From Candidatus Heimdallarchaeota archaeon (GTDB lineage: Archaea; Asgardarchaeota; Heimdallarchaeia; Heimdallarchaeales; Heimdallarchaeaceae), in NCBI GenBank assembly GCA_030603365.1, contig JAUVXV010000015.1:40421-104420 (forward strand): a stretch of DNA of 64,000 nucleotides, read 5' to 3'. Shown piece by piece: positions 1 to 10,384 of this stretch; positions within the stretch are counted from its first letter, which is position 1, and the number at the start of each line of letters is the position of its first letter. Both the position numbers and the translations under genes were made by a program. The notes under the pieces are model-generated. The model ran no database searches and was not told the DNA's origin. It saw only the letters and a program-made list of their open reading frames with translations.

Positions 1-2301
1 TCTCTCAAAAAAATCGACAGCTTGTTTGAGATTATGAACTTCATATGAGGGGGATAATACGCTAATGTAAGTTCCTTCCCAATAAAAATTATAACTATCA
101 TCTAAATTAGCTATACGAACACCTGTTTCTTTTACAAAGTAGTATTTTGCATACATCGGCCATTCTTCATCAGGATCATCTAATATCCACACATCAACAA
201 TCTCTCCATAATAGTTATACGTTGTTTCTCCAATGACTTCACCATCATTAGCTCCCATATAGAAAACATCGACTACTGCTCCCAAATAGAGATCATCTGG
301 ATTTAGCCAATAGGGAAATAAATCCCATGATGATGAAAACTCACGAGTGTATGGATTTAGGATATAAGTACCATAAACATATTCAGTGAGCGTATCAGCT
401 AAGAAATATATATAATTAAGAACATATTCTCGTGGACTCAAAATGTCCACAACTTCCCATTTTATACTAAACGGGTAAAAGTCATTAGGATATCCGTAAG
501 CTAAAATATCACCAATTTGAAGATTAATGACTTTTGCTATAGCTTCCACTGCTTTTTGAGCACTATTGTCAGCTTTTATTATTTCACCGGGAACTGGTTC
601 AATATACCCAGTAATATTATATGTTCCTATGGTACCTGGAGTGAAACCTATGCCAATAAAATGTTTTTCACGAGGAGCTAAACTTGGTATAATAGAAGTA
701 CCAAAATTTACATCATCAATTATAAGGCTAACATTGATATCCGTTTCTTCAAACAAACCCACATTAGATATCTGGATTTCAATCATAGTCTGCAAATCAT
801 ATGGAATTATATTTGGACAAAGAAGTTTAGCTTGTAGATTATGGTCTTGTAATCCGAAAATTGCTGCAAATGCATCTATTCTTCCCCATCCAAAGTAAAT
901 ATCATAACCAGGATCCCCCAAATCTACAGATGTTGTTTCCATTATATTATAAATCTGATCTGGAGTGTAAGTGGGAAATTCACTTAAGAGTAAAGCTGCT
1001 AATCCAGCAACATGAGAACAAGCTGCAGATGTTCCACTATCGTACATATAATCCCCCCAATAGCTCCCCCATATATGAGTAGAATAAATATCATCACCAG
1101 GTGCGGATATATCTAGCCAATCGCCATAATTTGAGTAGTAGGGTCTATTATCTGATGAACCAGTTGCTCCTACTGCAAAAACTCCTGATAATGCAGCAGG
1201 ATAGTAAGGGTCGTTTGTTCCATAGTTCCCTGATGCCGATATTACCATTATTCCAGCAGTAATCGCGTTTTGTACACTATCATTGACTAATTGAGAATAT
1301 CCATATCCCCCCAAACTGATACTAATGATGTGAGCTCCTTGTGCAACTGCATGATCAATACCAGATGCAAGGTTTTCAGCAGTTCCATAACCATTATTAT
1401 CTAACGTTTTTTCAGCAATTATGGAAACATCAGCGATACCAGCGATTCCTATACCATTATTTATAGTTGCAGCTATTATCCCTGCACAATGTGTTCCATG
1501 ATAATTATCATCAAAAGGATCATTATCATTATTTATAAAATCATAACCAAGAGGAAGATATTGACCTGCTAAATCAGGATGTGTATAGTCGATACCTGTG
1601 TCTAAAATAGCAACAATTACACTAGAAGAACCCATTTGAATATCCCATACATCTTCCATTCCTATGATTTGTGGTCCCCATTGATGAATCCAGCTTGGAT
1701 CATCAGGTATCAGTGCCTTTTCATAATAATAATTTGGTTCAATGTATTTTACACCTGGAATATTTAGAGCTTCAGTAAAGAAATTTTGTTGATAATTATA
1801 AATAAGATTCTTGGGGACTTGTATAAGAAGAAAACTACTGTATTGGTTAATTTGAGTAATTTCTACATCATATCTAACTAAATGTTCTACAGTTGATAAA
1901 AGATTGAATTGGTCATCATATTTCAGAACAAATTCAATTTTGTTATCTTCTCTAACTTTGAATAAAGAATCAGGATGATATCGCTGAAGAAATGGAGTGT
2001 CCAAAATACTCTTTAAAACTGTAACTTCTGAATCTAAGTCACTTGGAGTAATGAAAGAATCTATATCTCTACTTGAAAGTTCAGAAATGTCTTTTAAGTA
2101 CGCGTTATTCTCACTATCTTGATCTTCTTCTATTTTCTCTTCTGGTTCAGAATTGTTAATAGTTGTATATTCAGTTAGTTTGTTTATGTCATTTTCTGCA
2201 TTGATTGAACCATTTATAAGAGTTGTATTTCCTATTGTTCCGATTAATAAAACACACAATAATAAAATGAATTCTGTTTTTAGTTTGTTTTTTTCTGACA
2301 T
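1..2301 (-). CDS. Secreted subtilisin-like S8 serine protease with C-terminal Ig/CARDB-like domains; runs off the left edge and is absent from the ORF track
   Basis: Hand translation from ATG 2301: signal-like MSEKNKLKTEFILLLCVLLIG, then VIVAILDTGIDYTHPDL (Asp), DNYHGTHCAGIIAA (His) and SGTSAACSHVAG (Ser) in one frame, still open at position 1. Confidence 0.93.
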   Translation of the reverse strand, partial: MSEKNKLKTEFILLLCVLLIGTIGNTTLINGSINAENDINKLTEYTTINNSEPEEKIEEDQDSENNAYLKDISELSSRDIDSFITPSDLDSEVTVLKSILDTPFLQRYHPDSLFKVREDNKIEFVLKYDDQFNLLSTVEHLVRYDVEITQINQYSSFLLIQVPKNLIYNYQQNFFTEALNIPGVKYIEPNYYYEKALIPDDPSWIHQWGPQIIGMEDVWDIQMGSSSVIVAILDTGIDYTHPDLAGQYLPLGYDFINNDNDPFDDNYHGTHCAGIIAATINNGIGIAGIADVSIIAEKTLDNNGYGTAENLASGIDHAVAQGAHIISISLGGYGYSQLVNDSVQNAITAGIMVISASGNYGTNDPYYPAALSGVFAVGATGSSDNRPYYSNYGDWLDISAPGDDIYSTHIWGSYWGDYMYDSGTSAACSHVAGLAALLLSEFPTYTPDQIYNIMETTSVDLGDPGYDIYFGWGRIDAFAAIFGLQDHNLQAKLLCPNIIPYDLQTMIEIQISNVGLFEETDINVSLIIDDVNFGTSIIPSLAPREKHFIGIGFTPGTIGTYNITGYIEPVPGEIIKADNSAQKAVEAIAKVINLQIGDILAYGYPNDFYPFSIKWEVVDILSPREYVLNYIYFLADTLTEYVYGTYILNPYTREFSSSWDLFPYWLNPDDLYLGAVVDVFYMGANDGEVIGETTYNYYGEIVDVWILDDPDEEWPMYAKYYFVKETGVRIANLDDSYNFYWEGTYISVLSPSYEVHNLKQAVDFFER

Positions 2302-2592
2302 TTTAATCTAGTCCTATCTCTATTAGACTCAACAGTAATTAGGACCAGAACCCTCACATAGTACATCAGTAATTTAGATATCAAAAACAAGCTTACTTAT
2401 TCTCATATATTAACGTATGCTAGAAAATTTAGTTTAGCAACTGGCAGAAAATAGTATATTCAGTTATTTTACTACTAACAATATGAATGAATCATAAAGT
2501 AGCCAGTTTTTTATAATCGTTCTTGATTTGGTTTGCATAAAGCTTTTAACCTACTTTAGACTAAACTGTCTCTGTCAAAAGAAGATGATTAA

Positions 2593-4620
2593 ATGAAAAA
2601 CAAGCACGTAAAAATAACTATTTTCATGATTCTTTTAGGTTCAGCCTTTTGTTTTGTACCAAACAACCGAACAGATGTTCAAGCTGCTACTGGTATCTTT
2701 GTTGAAAATTTTTCAACCACAACATATCATGATATTGCTAATACAAATGCAACTGGATGGGGTACTGGAATTGTGAAAACTCCAGATAAACCAAATCCTG
2801 AACTTAAAGGTATTTTCAACAATTCCAAAGATCCAGTTGATGTCTTTGTAGATGGTAATTACGCATATGTAGCCGAATATCATGGTGATTTGACAATTCT
2901 TGACATCAGTGACCCTTCAGCTCCTACCAATGTAAGTCAGTATATCATAGGAAGTGCGGCAGGAACACCAACTGGTGTATATGTGAAGAATTCAGTATGT
3001 TATGTTGCTACAAGAAATTGGGGATTACAAATAGTGGATGTTTCTAATCCAGCTAGCCCAACAAACCTTAGTGCCTATCCTACTATAGATCATCCTGTTG
3101 ATGTTTATGTCGATGGGGATTACTACTACGTTGCTGACCAATATGGTGGAGTACAGATTGTTGATGTAACAGATCCAGCAAATCCATTTAATAGCTCTGT
3201 TATAAACTATGGTGGTTTTGTAAATGGAGTCTATATAAGCAGTTCAACACTCTACATCGCAGACTATTTTGGTAAATTTCTGGTTTATGATGTCACAAAT
3301 CCAGCTGCTCCAGTTTATAGAGGAAATGTTTCTTTAACAACTAATGCTTATGATTTATCTGTTGATGGCAATACAGCTTATGTTGCAAATGGTTGGGCAG
3401 GATTAGTTACAATTGATGTTACAAATCCGACAACTCCAACAATTTTGGATACATATAATTCAGGAGACTACGTTAAAGATGCTAAATTCGAAGAGCATAA
3501 AGTTTACATAACTGATTCAGCTTCTGGAGTTATAGTTATAGATGCCACAAATCCTTCAGATCTAGCTTTGATTGGTTCTTATGATACATGGAATTGGCCA
3601 GATGGCCTATTTGTAAAAGACCGAATGGTATATGTTGCTGACTATTTTGGTGGCTTACTCGTACTTGACCACACTGGTCATGAAAGTCCTATGTTTGCTC
3701 AATCTACTACAATTGTTCCTATTACTGATGATGCACAAGTCATCAAAGCTTCATTGTTATTAAACGACTATTCAACACTATGGAGTGGAATGGCAATTGG
3801 TTTGTATCTTTCAGCAGATGGAGGAGCAAATTGGCAAGCTGTAACACATGGTGCACTAACAACCTTAACTAATCCTGGAAAAGATTTAAGGTTTCGATTA
3901 CTGTTGATTAATCTCAATGCTGTTAATGCAACGTGGGTATCTGAATTAACTGTTGAGTATACAACTAAACTAGAAAGTGTTGTACAAGATTCACCTGGTG
4001 ATGGTTCGTACATAACTGATACCACGCCTACATTAATTTGGGATCCGATTGCGGGAGCTGCTAGTTATCTACTTCAAGTTGATGATGCACCAGATTTCAT
4101 ATCTCAAGTAGTTAATGCATCCGTTTCTGGAACAGCTACAAATTATACGACAACAACACTTTCAGACGGTTTATATCATTGGAGAATCCTAGCTATTGAT
4201 TCTGAGGGGGAGCCTGGAAAGTGGTCAAATGTCAGTACATTCACACTTGATACAACCGATCCTGTAGTTGTAGGAGAACCAAATTTTGAGATGAATGAAG
4301 GAGAAACTGGTCATAATGTTAATTGGACAATAACTGAAATCAATTTATATTCCTTTACAGTTTACCTCGATGAAACAGCTGTTCCCATGGGATTGTTAAC
4401 TTGGGATGGTACTACATTGTGGATTTCAACTGATGGATTAGGAGTCGGTGTACATAATTACACTCTGGAAGCGATAGACGACGCAGGTAATACTGGAACT
4501 GATACAGTATATGTAACAGTAAACATTGTTGTAGGAGAATTTAATCCTACAATCGTCATTCTTCCACTACTAATGGCAGTTGGAATTTGTTCAATTTTTA
4601 TCTTAAAGAGAAGAAAATAA
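2593..4620 (+). CDS. Surface protein with LVIVD beta-propeller repeats, Ig/FN3-like domains and C-terminal sorting signal
   Basis: Repeats such as VFVDGNYAYVA...LTILDISDP and GLQIVDVSNP; signal peptide; tail VGEF + TM + KRRK. Confidence 0.88.
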   Translation: MKNKHVKITIFMILLGSAFCFVPNNRTDVQAATGIFVENFSTTTYHDIANTNATGWGTGIVKTPDKPNPELKGIFNNSKDPVDVFVDGNYAYVAEYHGDLTILDISDPSAPTNVSQYIIGSAAGTPTGVYVKNSVCYVATRNWGLQIVDVSNPASPTNLSAYPTIDHPVDVYVDGDYYYVADQYGGVQIVDVTDPANPFNSSVINYGGFVNGVYISSSTLYIADYFGKFLVYDVTNPAAPVYRGNVSLTTNAYDLSVDGNTAYVANGWAGLVTIDVTNPTTPTILDTYNSGDYVKDAKFEEHKVYITDSASGVIVIDATNPSDLALIGSYDTWNWPDGLFVKDRMVYVADYFGGLLVLDHTGHESPMFAQSTTIVPITDDAQVIKASLLLNDYSTLWSGMAIGLYLSADGGANWQAVTHGALTTLTNPGKDLRFRLLLINLNAVNATWVSELTVEYTTKLESVVQDSPGDGSYITDTTPTLIWDPIAGAASYLLQVDDAPDFISQVVNASVSGTATNYTTTTLSDGLYHWRILAIDSEGEPGKWSNVSTFTLDTTDPVVVGEPNFEMNEGETGHNVNWTITEINLYSFTVYLDETAVPMGLLTWDGTTLWISTDGLGVGVHNYTLEAIDDAGNTGTDTVYVTVNIVVGEFNPTIVILPLLMAVGICSIFILKRRK

Positions 4621-4655
4621 CTTCTCCTCTTTTCTTATTTTTTTATTTTATTTTT
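4621..4655 (+). terminator. Oligo-T archaeal terminator
   Basis: cttctcctcttttcttattttttattttattttt directly after the stop codon. Confidence 0.55.
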
Positions 4656-4705
4656 ACACAATAATTAAATGCTGTTAGTGGGATTCAATGCTAGTTGTGT
4701 GATAA

Positions 4706-6352
4706 ATGAACTTGGAAACTGATATTCTTGTTATTGGTGGAGGAAGTGCAGGAACCATGGCAGCTATTGTCGCCAAAGAACAAAATCCAGATGCTGATGT
4801 AACCATTCTTGAAAAAGGAGAAATCAACCGTAGTGGTTCAATAGCACGTGGTATGGATGCACTCAATATAGTTGTTCAACCAGGTATAACTACTCCTGAA
4901 TTATATATGAATTCAGCACGTATAGCAACAGAAGGAATTGTAGATTACAAACCTAGCTACGTAATGGCTGAGAGGAGTTATTCTATTCTTAAACGTCTTG
5001 AAGGTTGGGGTATCCGTTTTCCCCGAGATGAAGAGAATAAATATATCTCATTACAAGTTCATGCAAAAGGTAGTTTTCTCTTAGAGATGGATTCTCCAGA
5101 ACTGAAACTTGTCTTAGCTGAAAAGGTCAAAGAAGCTGGAGTGAGAGTAGTAAATAGAACAATTGTTACCAAACTGCTAGTAAATAATGGAGAAGTAAAC
5201 GGAGCTATGGGTTTTAACATTAGGACAGGAGAATTTGTTGTCTGTAAAGCAAAAGCAACTATTCTTTCTAATGGAGGTTGTGCAAGATTTTCTCTTCCTA
5301 ATTCAGGGTATCTTTATGGAACATTTGATTATCCAGGAAACGCAGGTGATGGATATTCTCTTGCTTATCGAGCAGGTGCTCAGCTTACTGGATTTGAGTA
5401 TACCAATTGTTCTCCTCTCATAAAAGATATTAACTGCCCATTACTCTACATCACTTTGACTCGTGGAGCAGAGATTGTCAATGCCCTTGGTGAAACGATT
5501 GATCTTGAATATGTTTCTACTCAGAGAATGTTGAAGGAGCTTCGAGAAGGTAGGGGACCAGTTTTCATAAAAATGAATCATCTTTCTGAGGAACGAATAC
5601 AAGAAATCGAAAGGATACTATTTTCAGTAGAACGACCTATTCAGAAGAGATTCTGGGAAAACAGAGGAGTCGATTTTAGAGAAGGACTCATCGAATTAGG
5701 TGAAACAGAGTATCAACTTTGTGGTGGTCATGGTTTAACAGGTATTGTTGTTAATGAGAAAGCTGAAACTACTCTCAAAGGTCTTTATGCAGCAGGGGAT
5801 GTTGCTTGTGTGCCATTACAACATCTAACTGGAGCATTTGTTTTTGGTGAAGTAGCTGCTGAAGAAGCTGTCAAATTTGTCAGTAACAAGGAACACAGTA
5901 AAATTGATCAAAATCTGATAAATGATGAGGAACAAAGACTTCTCAAAGTTTTGGAAAATAACAAAACTGGGACAATATCAGTTCAAGATTTCGAATATAA
6001 AGTTAGACGAACAATTGGAGATTATGTTGTTCCTCCAAAAAATGAAACAAAATTGAATAGATTCTTATGGTGGCTTCCAAGGTTTAGAAAAGAAATGACG
6101 AACATACGAATTACTGACCATCATGAGTTAAGTCGTTTTGAGGAGATACAATTTATTCTAGATTGTGCAGAGCTCTCAGTACATGCCTCTCTTGCCCGAA
6201 AAGAGAGTCGCTGGGGTTGGTTCCATCATAGAACTGATTATCCTGAAAAAGATGATGAAAATTGGTTAAAGCATGTTGTTCTTGCTAAAGGATTAAAATC
6301 CGGAGAAGTTCAAACGGTTCTAGTTCCAATTGATGATGGAGGAGATCCATAA
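4706..6352 (+). CDS. FAD-dependent oxidoreductase, SdhA/FrdA/AprA superfamily (AsfA/PRK08275-like subgroup)
   Basis: DILVIGGGSAG FAD motif, RSGSIARGMD, GYLYGT..PGNAGDGY, GLYAAGD, RKESRWG..H.R.DYP. Confidence 0.88.
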   Translation: MNLETDILVIGGGSAGTMAAIVAKEQNPDADVTILEKGEINRSGSIARGMDALNIVVQPGITTPELYMNSARIATEGIVDYKPSYVMAERSYSILKRLEGWGIRFPRDEENKYISLQVHAKGSFLLEMDSPELKLVLAEKVKEAGVRVVNRTIVTKLLVNNGEVNGAMGFNIRTGEFVVCKAKATILSNGGCARFSLPNSGYLYGTFDYPGNAGDGYSLAYRAGAQLTGFEYTNCSPLIKDINCPLLYITLTRGAEIVNALGETIDLEYVSTQRMLKELREGRGPVFIKMNHLSEERIQEIERILFSVERPIQKRFWENRGVDFREGLIELGETEYQLCGGHGLTGIVVNEKAETTLKGLYAAGDVACVPLQHLTGAFVFGEVAAEEAVKFVSNKEHSKIDQNLINDEEQRLLKVLENNKTGTISVQDFEYKVRRTIGDYVVPPKNETKLNRFLWWLPRFRKEMTNIRITDHHELSRFEEIQFILDCAELSVHASLARKESRWGWFHHRTDYPEKDDENWLKHVVLAKGLKSGEVQTVLVPIDDGGDP

Positions 6353-6546
6353 TGCCATTAATTGTTAACAAAGATCTTTGCACAAGCTGTGGTGTATGTG
6401 TAGAACGATGTACAATGGACATCATTAGATTGGACGACGAAGGATTCCCATACATTAAGTACGATGAATGTTGGTATTGTGGAGTGTGCGAAGAAGACTG
6501 TCCAGTAAATGCTGTAGTGATAGATTTACCATTCCTAGTGAAATAA
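6352..6546 (+). CDS. 2x[4Fe-4S] ferredoxin, partner of the upstream flavoprotein
   Basis: CTSCGVCVERC and CWYCGVCEEDCP; start overlaps the upstream stop (TAATG). Confidence 0.92.
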   Translation: MPLIVNKDLCTSCGVCVERCTMDIIRLDDEGFPYIKYDECWYCGVCEEDCPVNAVVIDLPFLVK

Positions 6547-6652
6547 GCATAAACAAGATAGTTACTTCTTTACGAAACCTAAAGATTAGAGAGAAAAAAC
6601 ACATATTAGAAAATCTAAAAATTAACCAATAGCACTACATGAGCGATTAAGA

Positions 6653-7177
6653 ATGATCAGATTAGAAACAGGCAGATTAATAGTTCGTAATTTTACTCTT
6701 GATGATTGGGAAGATCTAGCTGAATTAGCAATGAAATATGAACAATCAGAGTTAGCAAAATATGATGAGGGACCTTGGCCAAGCAATCTAGAAGAATATA
6801 AATCGATAGTTCAGAATTTTTCTGAAGGGGACGATTTTGTGGCTGTAATCTTAAAAGAACCAAAGAAACTGATAGGACTAATATTTAAAGCTAAGAAAGA
6901 AGATGGGAGGTTTGAATTTGGCTTTAATTTTCATTCTGATTTTCATGGGATGGGGTACGCTATAGAAAGCTGTCAAGCTGTTTTAGATTACATTTTTGAG
7001 GTATTAGATGCAGAAATTGTGACTGCAGGTACAGCTAAAATTAACAAACCATCAAATAATCTACTAAGACGACTGGGTTTTTGTTTAATAGGTGAAAAGA
7101 AGATATCTTTTAGAAAAGATAAAGAAGGTAAACCTATTGAATTTGTGGGATTAGATTATTCCCTTTCTAGAAAATAA
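6653..7177 (+). CDS. GNAT N-acetyltransferase, RimJ/RimL type
   Basis: LETGRLIVRNF N-terminus, FHGMGYA, NKPSNNLLRRLGF. Confidence 0.88.
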   Translation: MIRLETGRLIVRNFTLDDWEDLAELAMKYEQSELAKYDEGPWPSNLEEYKSIVQNFSEGDDFVAVILKEPKKLIGLIFKAKKEDGRFEFGFNFHSDFHGMGYAIESCQAVLDYIFEVLDAEIVTAGTAKINKPSNNLLRRLGFCLIGEKKISFRKDKEGKPIEFVGLDYSLSRK

Positions 7178-7240
7178 TTTGATCAATTCTTAAAGAACCA
7201 TTCTAAATTATTTTACTATATTAAATCAAATAACTTCAAT

Positions 7241-8221
7241 TTATTTTTCTTCTTTCCAAGCATGAGTTATTCTTTTCCAACCTTGCTCAAAACTAAATTT
7301 CTCATATAACTTGAGTGCAGCTACATTAGCGATATCTACCACAAGACTCATAGTTTTGAAACCAGAATTTTTGAGAGTGACTATTGCATGGTTTAATAGT
7401 TTAGAGCCTAGCTGATGTCCTCTATGATCAGGAATAACACCCATAATCCATAGATGGCCGTTACCTTCACCATGGGTGGGTTTAACGAGTGTAAAACCTA
7501 TGAATTTGGTTCCTTCAACAAGTACTATAGATGCTTCATTTATCATTTCGTCTTCCTTATCAAAATGTTCATCAAAATATTCTTTTCTTTCTTCATCTGT
7601 TTCAGAAAGAAAATTCCTATCTCCACTTTCACTAAAAGAATCATAGAAGCAAGAATATAGGTCATTATCATCAGCATTTTTCAAGAGAATAGTTTCTATT
7701 CCTTTAGGAAATTCTATTTCAGAAAGCTCTTGTTCTTCTAGATTGAGTGACATGAAAACAATTTCATCTTCCTCTAGAAGATTACAACTTGGATATATAG
7801 AAGGATCTACTGGATATTTTTCTAAAGAATCTATTTTCTCGTAACACAATTCTATTCTAGTGTGTTGTGTCTTCAAAGCATGATTTATGCATTCTGTGAA
7901 TAGAAGTTGAGCTACTTCTATTTTCTTGGGTTCATTAGGATGAATAAGAGGATGACCTCCTAATGCCCAAGGATTAATCTCTAACCTTTTGGAATCATGT
8001 ACAAAGAGAAGAACCCATCCCACTAAATTATTTTCTTTGTAAGCTTCTACTACAATAGGAACTTCATCATAATCTAGATTTTGTATCCAACTTCCTATAC
8101 CTTCAATGGATGCATTGATTTCGGGTCTAGTAATTTTCCAAATTACATGTGTTAACATTGCCAAGTCTAGAACATTTAGATGTTCATCTAACTTTTGTGT
8201 TTTAATTTGTATATTATTCAT
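7241..8221 (-). CDS. Tandem-domain GNAT acetyltransferase
   Basis: GVIPDHRGHQLGSKLL and NVAALKLYEKFSF motifs in the C-terminal domain. Confidence 0.85.
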   Translation of the reverse strand: MNNIQIKTQKLDEHLNVLDLAMLTHVIWKITRPEINASIEGIGSWIQNLDYDEVPIVVEAYKENNLVGWVLLFVHDSKRLEINPWALGGHPLIHPNEPKKIEVAQLLFTECINHALKTQHTRIELCYEKIDSLEKYPVDPSIYPSCNLLEEDEIVFMSLNLEEQELSEIEFPKGIETILLKNADDNDLYSCFYDSFSESGDRNFLSETDEERKEYFDEHFDKEDEMINEASIVLVEGTKFIGFTLVKPTHGEGNGHLWIMGVIPDHRGHQLGSKLLNHAIVTLKNSGFKTMSLVVDIANVAALKLYEKFSFEQGWKRITHAWKEEK

Positions 8222-8474
8222 TTGTCTAATGCCTCCTTCTGAGTATTCAATTATTTAAGTGTAATCAGCAAAAATCAATGAACTCTATAGTAACAGACTA
8301 ATTAACCAGAATATCAAGGTCATCACAAGAGATGGAGTTACAAATGAGCAACTAAAATTTTGAAAGAGAGCAATTACAGAATTCCTTCAACTGCTCACGA
8401 AGTAAGACAAACAAAAAAGAAAAAGATAGAAAGAAGGGAGAGGAGTAAACCTAGAAAATAGAGAAATAAATAAT

Positions 8475-9638
8475 CTATTTCCTTTTTTTACTGTAGACAA
8501 CTAATGGTATTGCTAGGAATGTAATAATCATGATGAAAGATATGTAACCACTAGTATATTCGGAAATCTCTGGAATTACTTCTAAAGGATAAAGGTCTTG
8601 AGAACCTGCTGTACCATCAATTGTATAGTAACTACTTACTGCAGGACTCCAATTACTCCAATAATTTCCCTCGAGTAACAATTCATCATACCACTGATCT
8701 CCAGCGTCATCTAGAGCTTGAATGGTGGAGCCAGCAAGATTGTTATCAAAGAATGCATTATGATATATCTTATTAATTCCTACTGAAAGAGACATACTTA
8801 ATCCATATGATGTACTTGTTTCAACGTGATTATTAGTTATCACACTACCTGATGATCCCACAATCCTCATACCAAAGAAATTACCTATTAGATAATTATT
8901 AGTAATAATTAAATCTAAACTGTCTTCAATTAGAATACCAGTATCAGCATTATTTGAACAAGTATTATGAGTGATGCTTGTACCATTTGAGTTCTCCACA
9001 CTTATTCCTACCCCAACAGTTTCATTACAGATATTTTTGTGTATTAAAACTCCATGAGAATCTAGAATGTGAATACCAAGTTCTGCAACAATTTTATTAT
9101 TTTTAACGTAAGTAAAGTCAGATTCTCTTATATCGATTCCACCTGTAAAGGAGACTATATAGTTATCATTAATTGTTGAGCTTATTCCTCCATTTAGTTT
9201 AAGACCATCGTTTCCTGTTGAGACTATCACATTATTGAGAATGACTACTGTTTCTTCAGCCATGTTTTGATATTTGCCCAAGAAAATAGCATAATTTGTG
9301 TCTGTCTTAAGAAAACAATTTTGGATAATGAAGTGTTTAGTAGTATAACCACCGAAATTAAGACAATAATCACCAGAAGTTGTGATATTGTAATTTTCAA
9401 TACGATAAGGGTTAACAGCTGATCCTTCTCCAGGGAATCCATAAGATTCAAAATCAGAATCAACATCAATAGTCATTGGTGACTGTACAATCAAATCGTC
9501 TAATGATGGTAGATCTGAGAGGGGATTGGTTGATGTAGTAGCTGATGTTTTGTTTACTCCTGCATTTAATACTACAGTATATAGAATTAAAAGAGATAGA
9601 ATTAACATAATTGATACTTTGAGATTGTTTCTTTTCAC
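8475..9638 (-). CDS. Secreted right-handed beta-helix (NosD/CASH-like) surface protein with C-terminal sorting signal
   Basis: GFPGEGSAVNPYRIEN, Asn-rich ~22-aa repeats, GNYWSNW, tail IPEISEY + TM + KKRK; paralog of 62521..63668. Confidence 0.85.
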   Translation of the reverse strand: MKRNNLKVSIMLILSLLILYTVVLNAGVNKTSATTSTNPLSDLPSLDDLIVQSPMTIDVDSDFESYGFPGEGSAVNPYRIENYNITTSGDYCLNFGGYTTKHFIIQNCFLKTDTNYAIFLGKYQNMAEETVVILNNVIVSTGNDGLKLNGGISSTINDNYIVSFTGGIDIRESDFTYVKNNKIVAELGIHILDSHGVLIHKNICNETVGVGISVENSNGTSITHNTCSNNADTGILIEDSLDLIITNNYLIGNFFGMRIVGSSGSVITNNHVETSTSYGLSMSLSVGINKIYHNAFFDNNLAGSTIQALDDAGDQWYDELLLEGNYWSNWSPAVSSYYTIDGTAGSQDLYPLEVIPEISEYTSGYISFIMIITFLAIPLVVYSKKRK

Positions 9639-9889
9639 GATAGTTCATTCCTGCGATTATTTATTATACTTGATAGTATTTGTATGCTACTAATGTATTT
9701 TTAAGTGTTATTGAAGCAAATCTTCTGATTATTCCTTTTTTTATTTTTTCAGCATTTTGCAAAGCTATCTCACTTCCAAGAAAGAGGGGATTATGACAAT
9801 GCTTTTATTTCCTACATAAATTCAGATTTGAATTAGACCAGACATTCCAAATATTTAAATACACTATGGAAAATATAGTTCAGATATAA

Positions 9890-10348
9890 ATGAATCTAAA
9901 TAAGACTCTAAAATTTATATTAGTAGTAGTAACTGTGGCACTATTTACATTGAATTTCAATGTGAGTGCTTTAGGTCCAAAAGTAGACATACAATATGTC
10001 TGTTATTGTGATTATGATGGAGATGGTGCATTAGATGATGTCTATGCTGAAGTTCTTCTTACACTTTTACCAGGAATAAATCACCTAGTCTTTGAAGCCT
10101 CAGTTAAATTCATTGGAGAAATACTCTATACAATCTATAGAGATAATCACGTAATAACTGAAACAGAAATTCTATACAAATTCTACTTCACCAACATTGC
10201 ATTTCAAAGCGGAATATACATCTTTAAAGTATGGTTTGAGATAGAGAATAATGATCAAATTAGATATGTAAGTGATACTCAACCATTCGACCCACCAGAA
10301 GGAGATCCAGATTACCCTCCAGGAGGAGGCGTTACCCCGGGGCCTTAG
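9890..10348 (+). CDS. Small secreted protein with DxDxDG (Ca-binding-like) motif and Pro/Gly-rich tail
   Basis: Signal-like N-terminus; DYDGDGALDD; ends PFDPPEGDPDYPPGGGVTPGP. Confidence 0.6.
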   Translation: MNLNKTLKFILVVVTVALFTLNFNVSALGPKVDIQYVCYCDYDGDGALDDVYAEVLLTLLPGINHLVFEASVKFIGEILYTIYRDNHVITETEILYKFYFTNIAFQSGIYIFKVWFEIENNDQIRYVSDTQPFDPPEGDPDYPPGGGVTPGP

Positions 10349-10384
10349 TTTGACAAGACTTCACTAATCGAAAAAAACAGTTAT

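Noticed and set aside
566-1082. Plus-strand ORFs 566..898 and 861..1082
   Set aside because: Antisense shadows of the minus-strand subtilase gene
4706-6546. Dissimilatory APS reductase (aprAB) or succinate dehydrogenase
   Set aside because: The flavoprotein and ferredoxin are shorter than AprA/AprB, and no sat, qmo, dsr or sdhBCD genes are present
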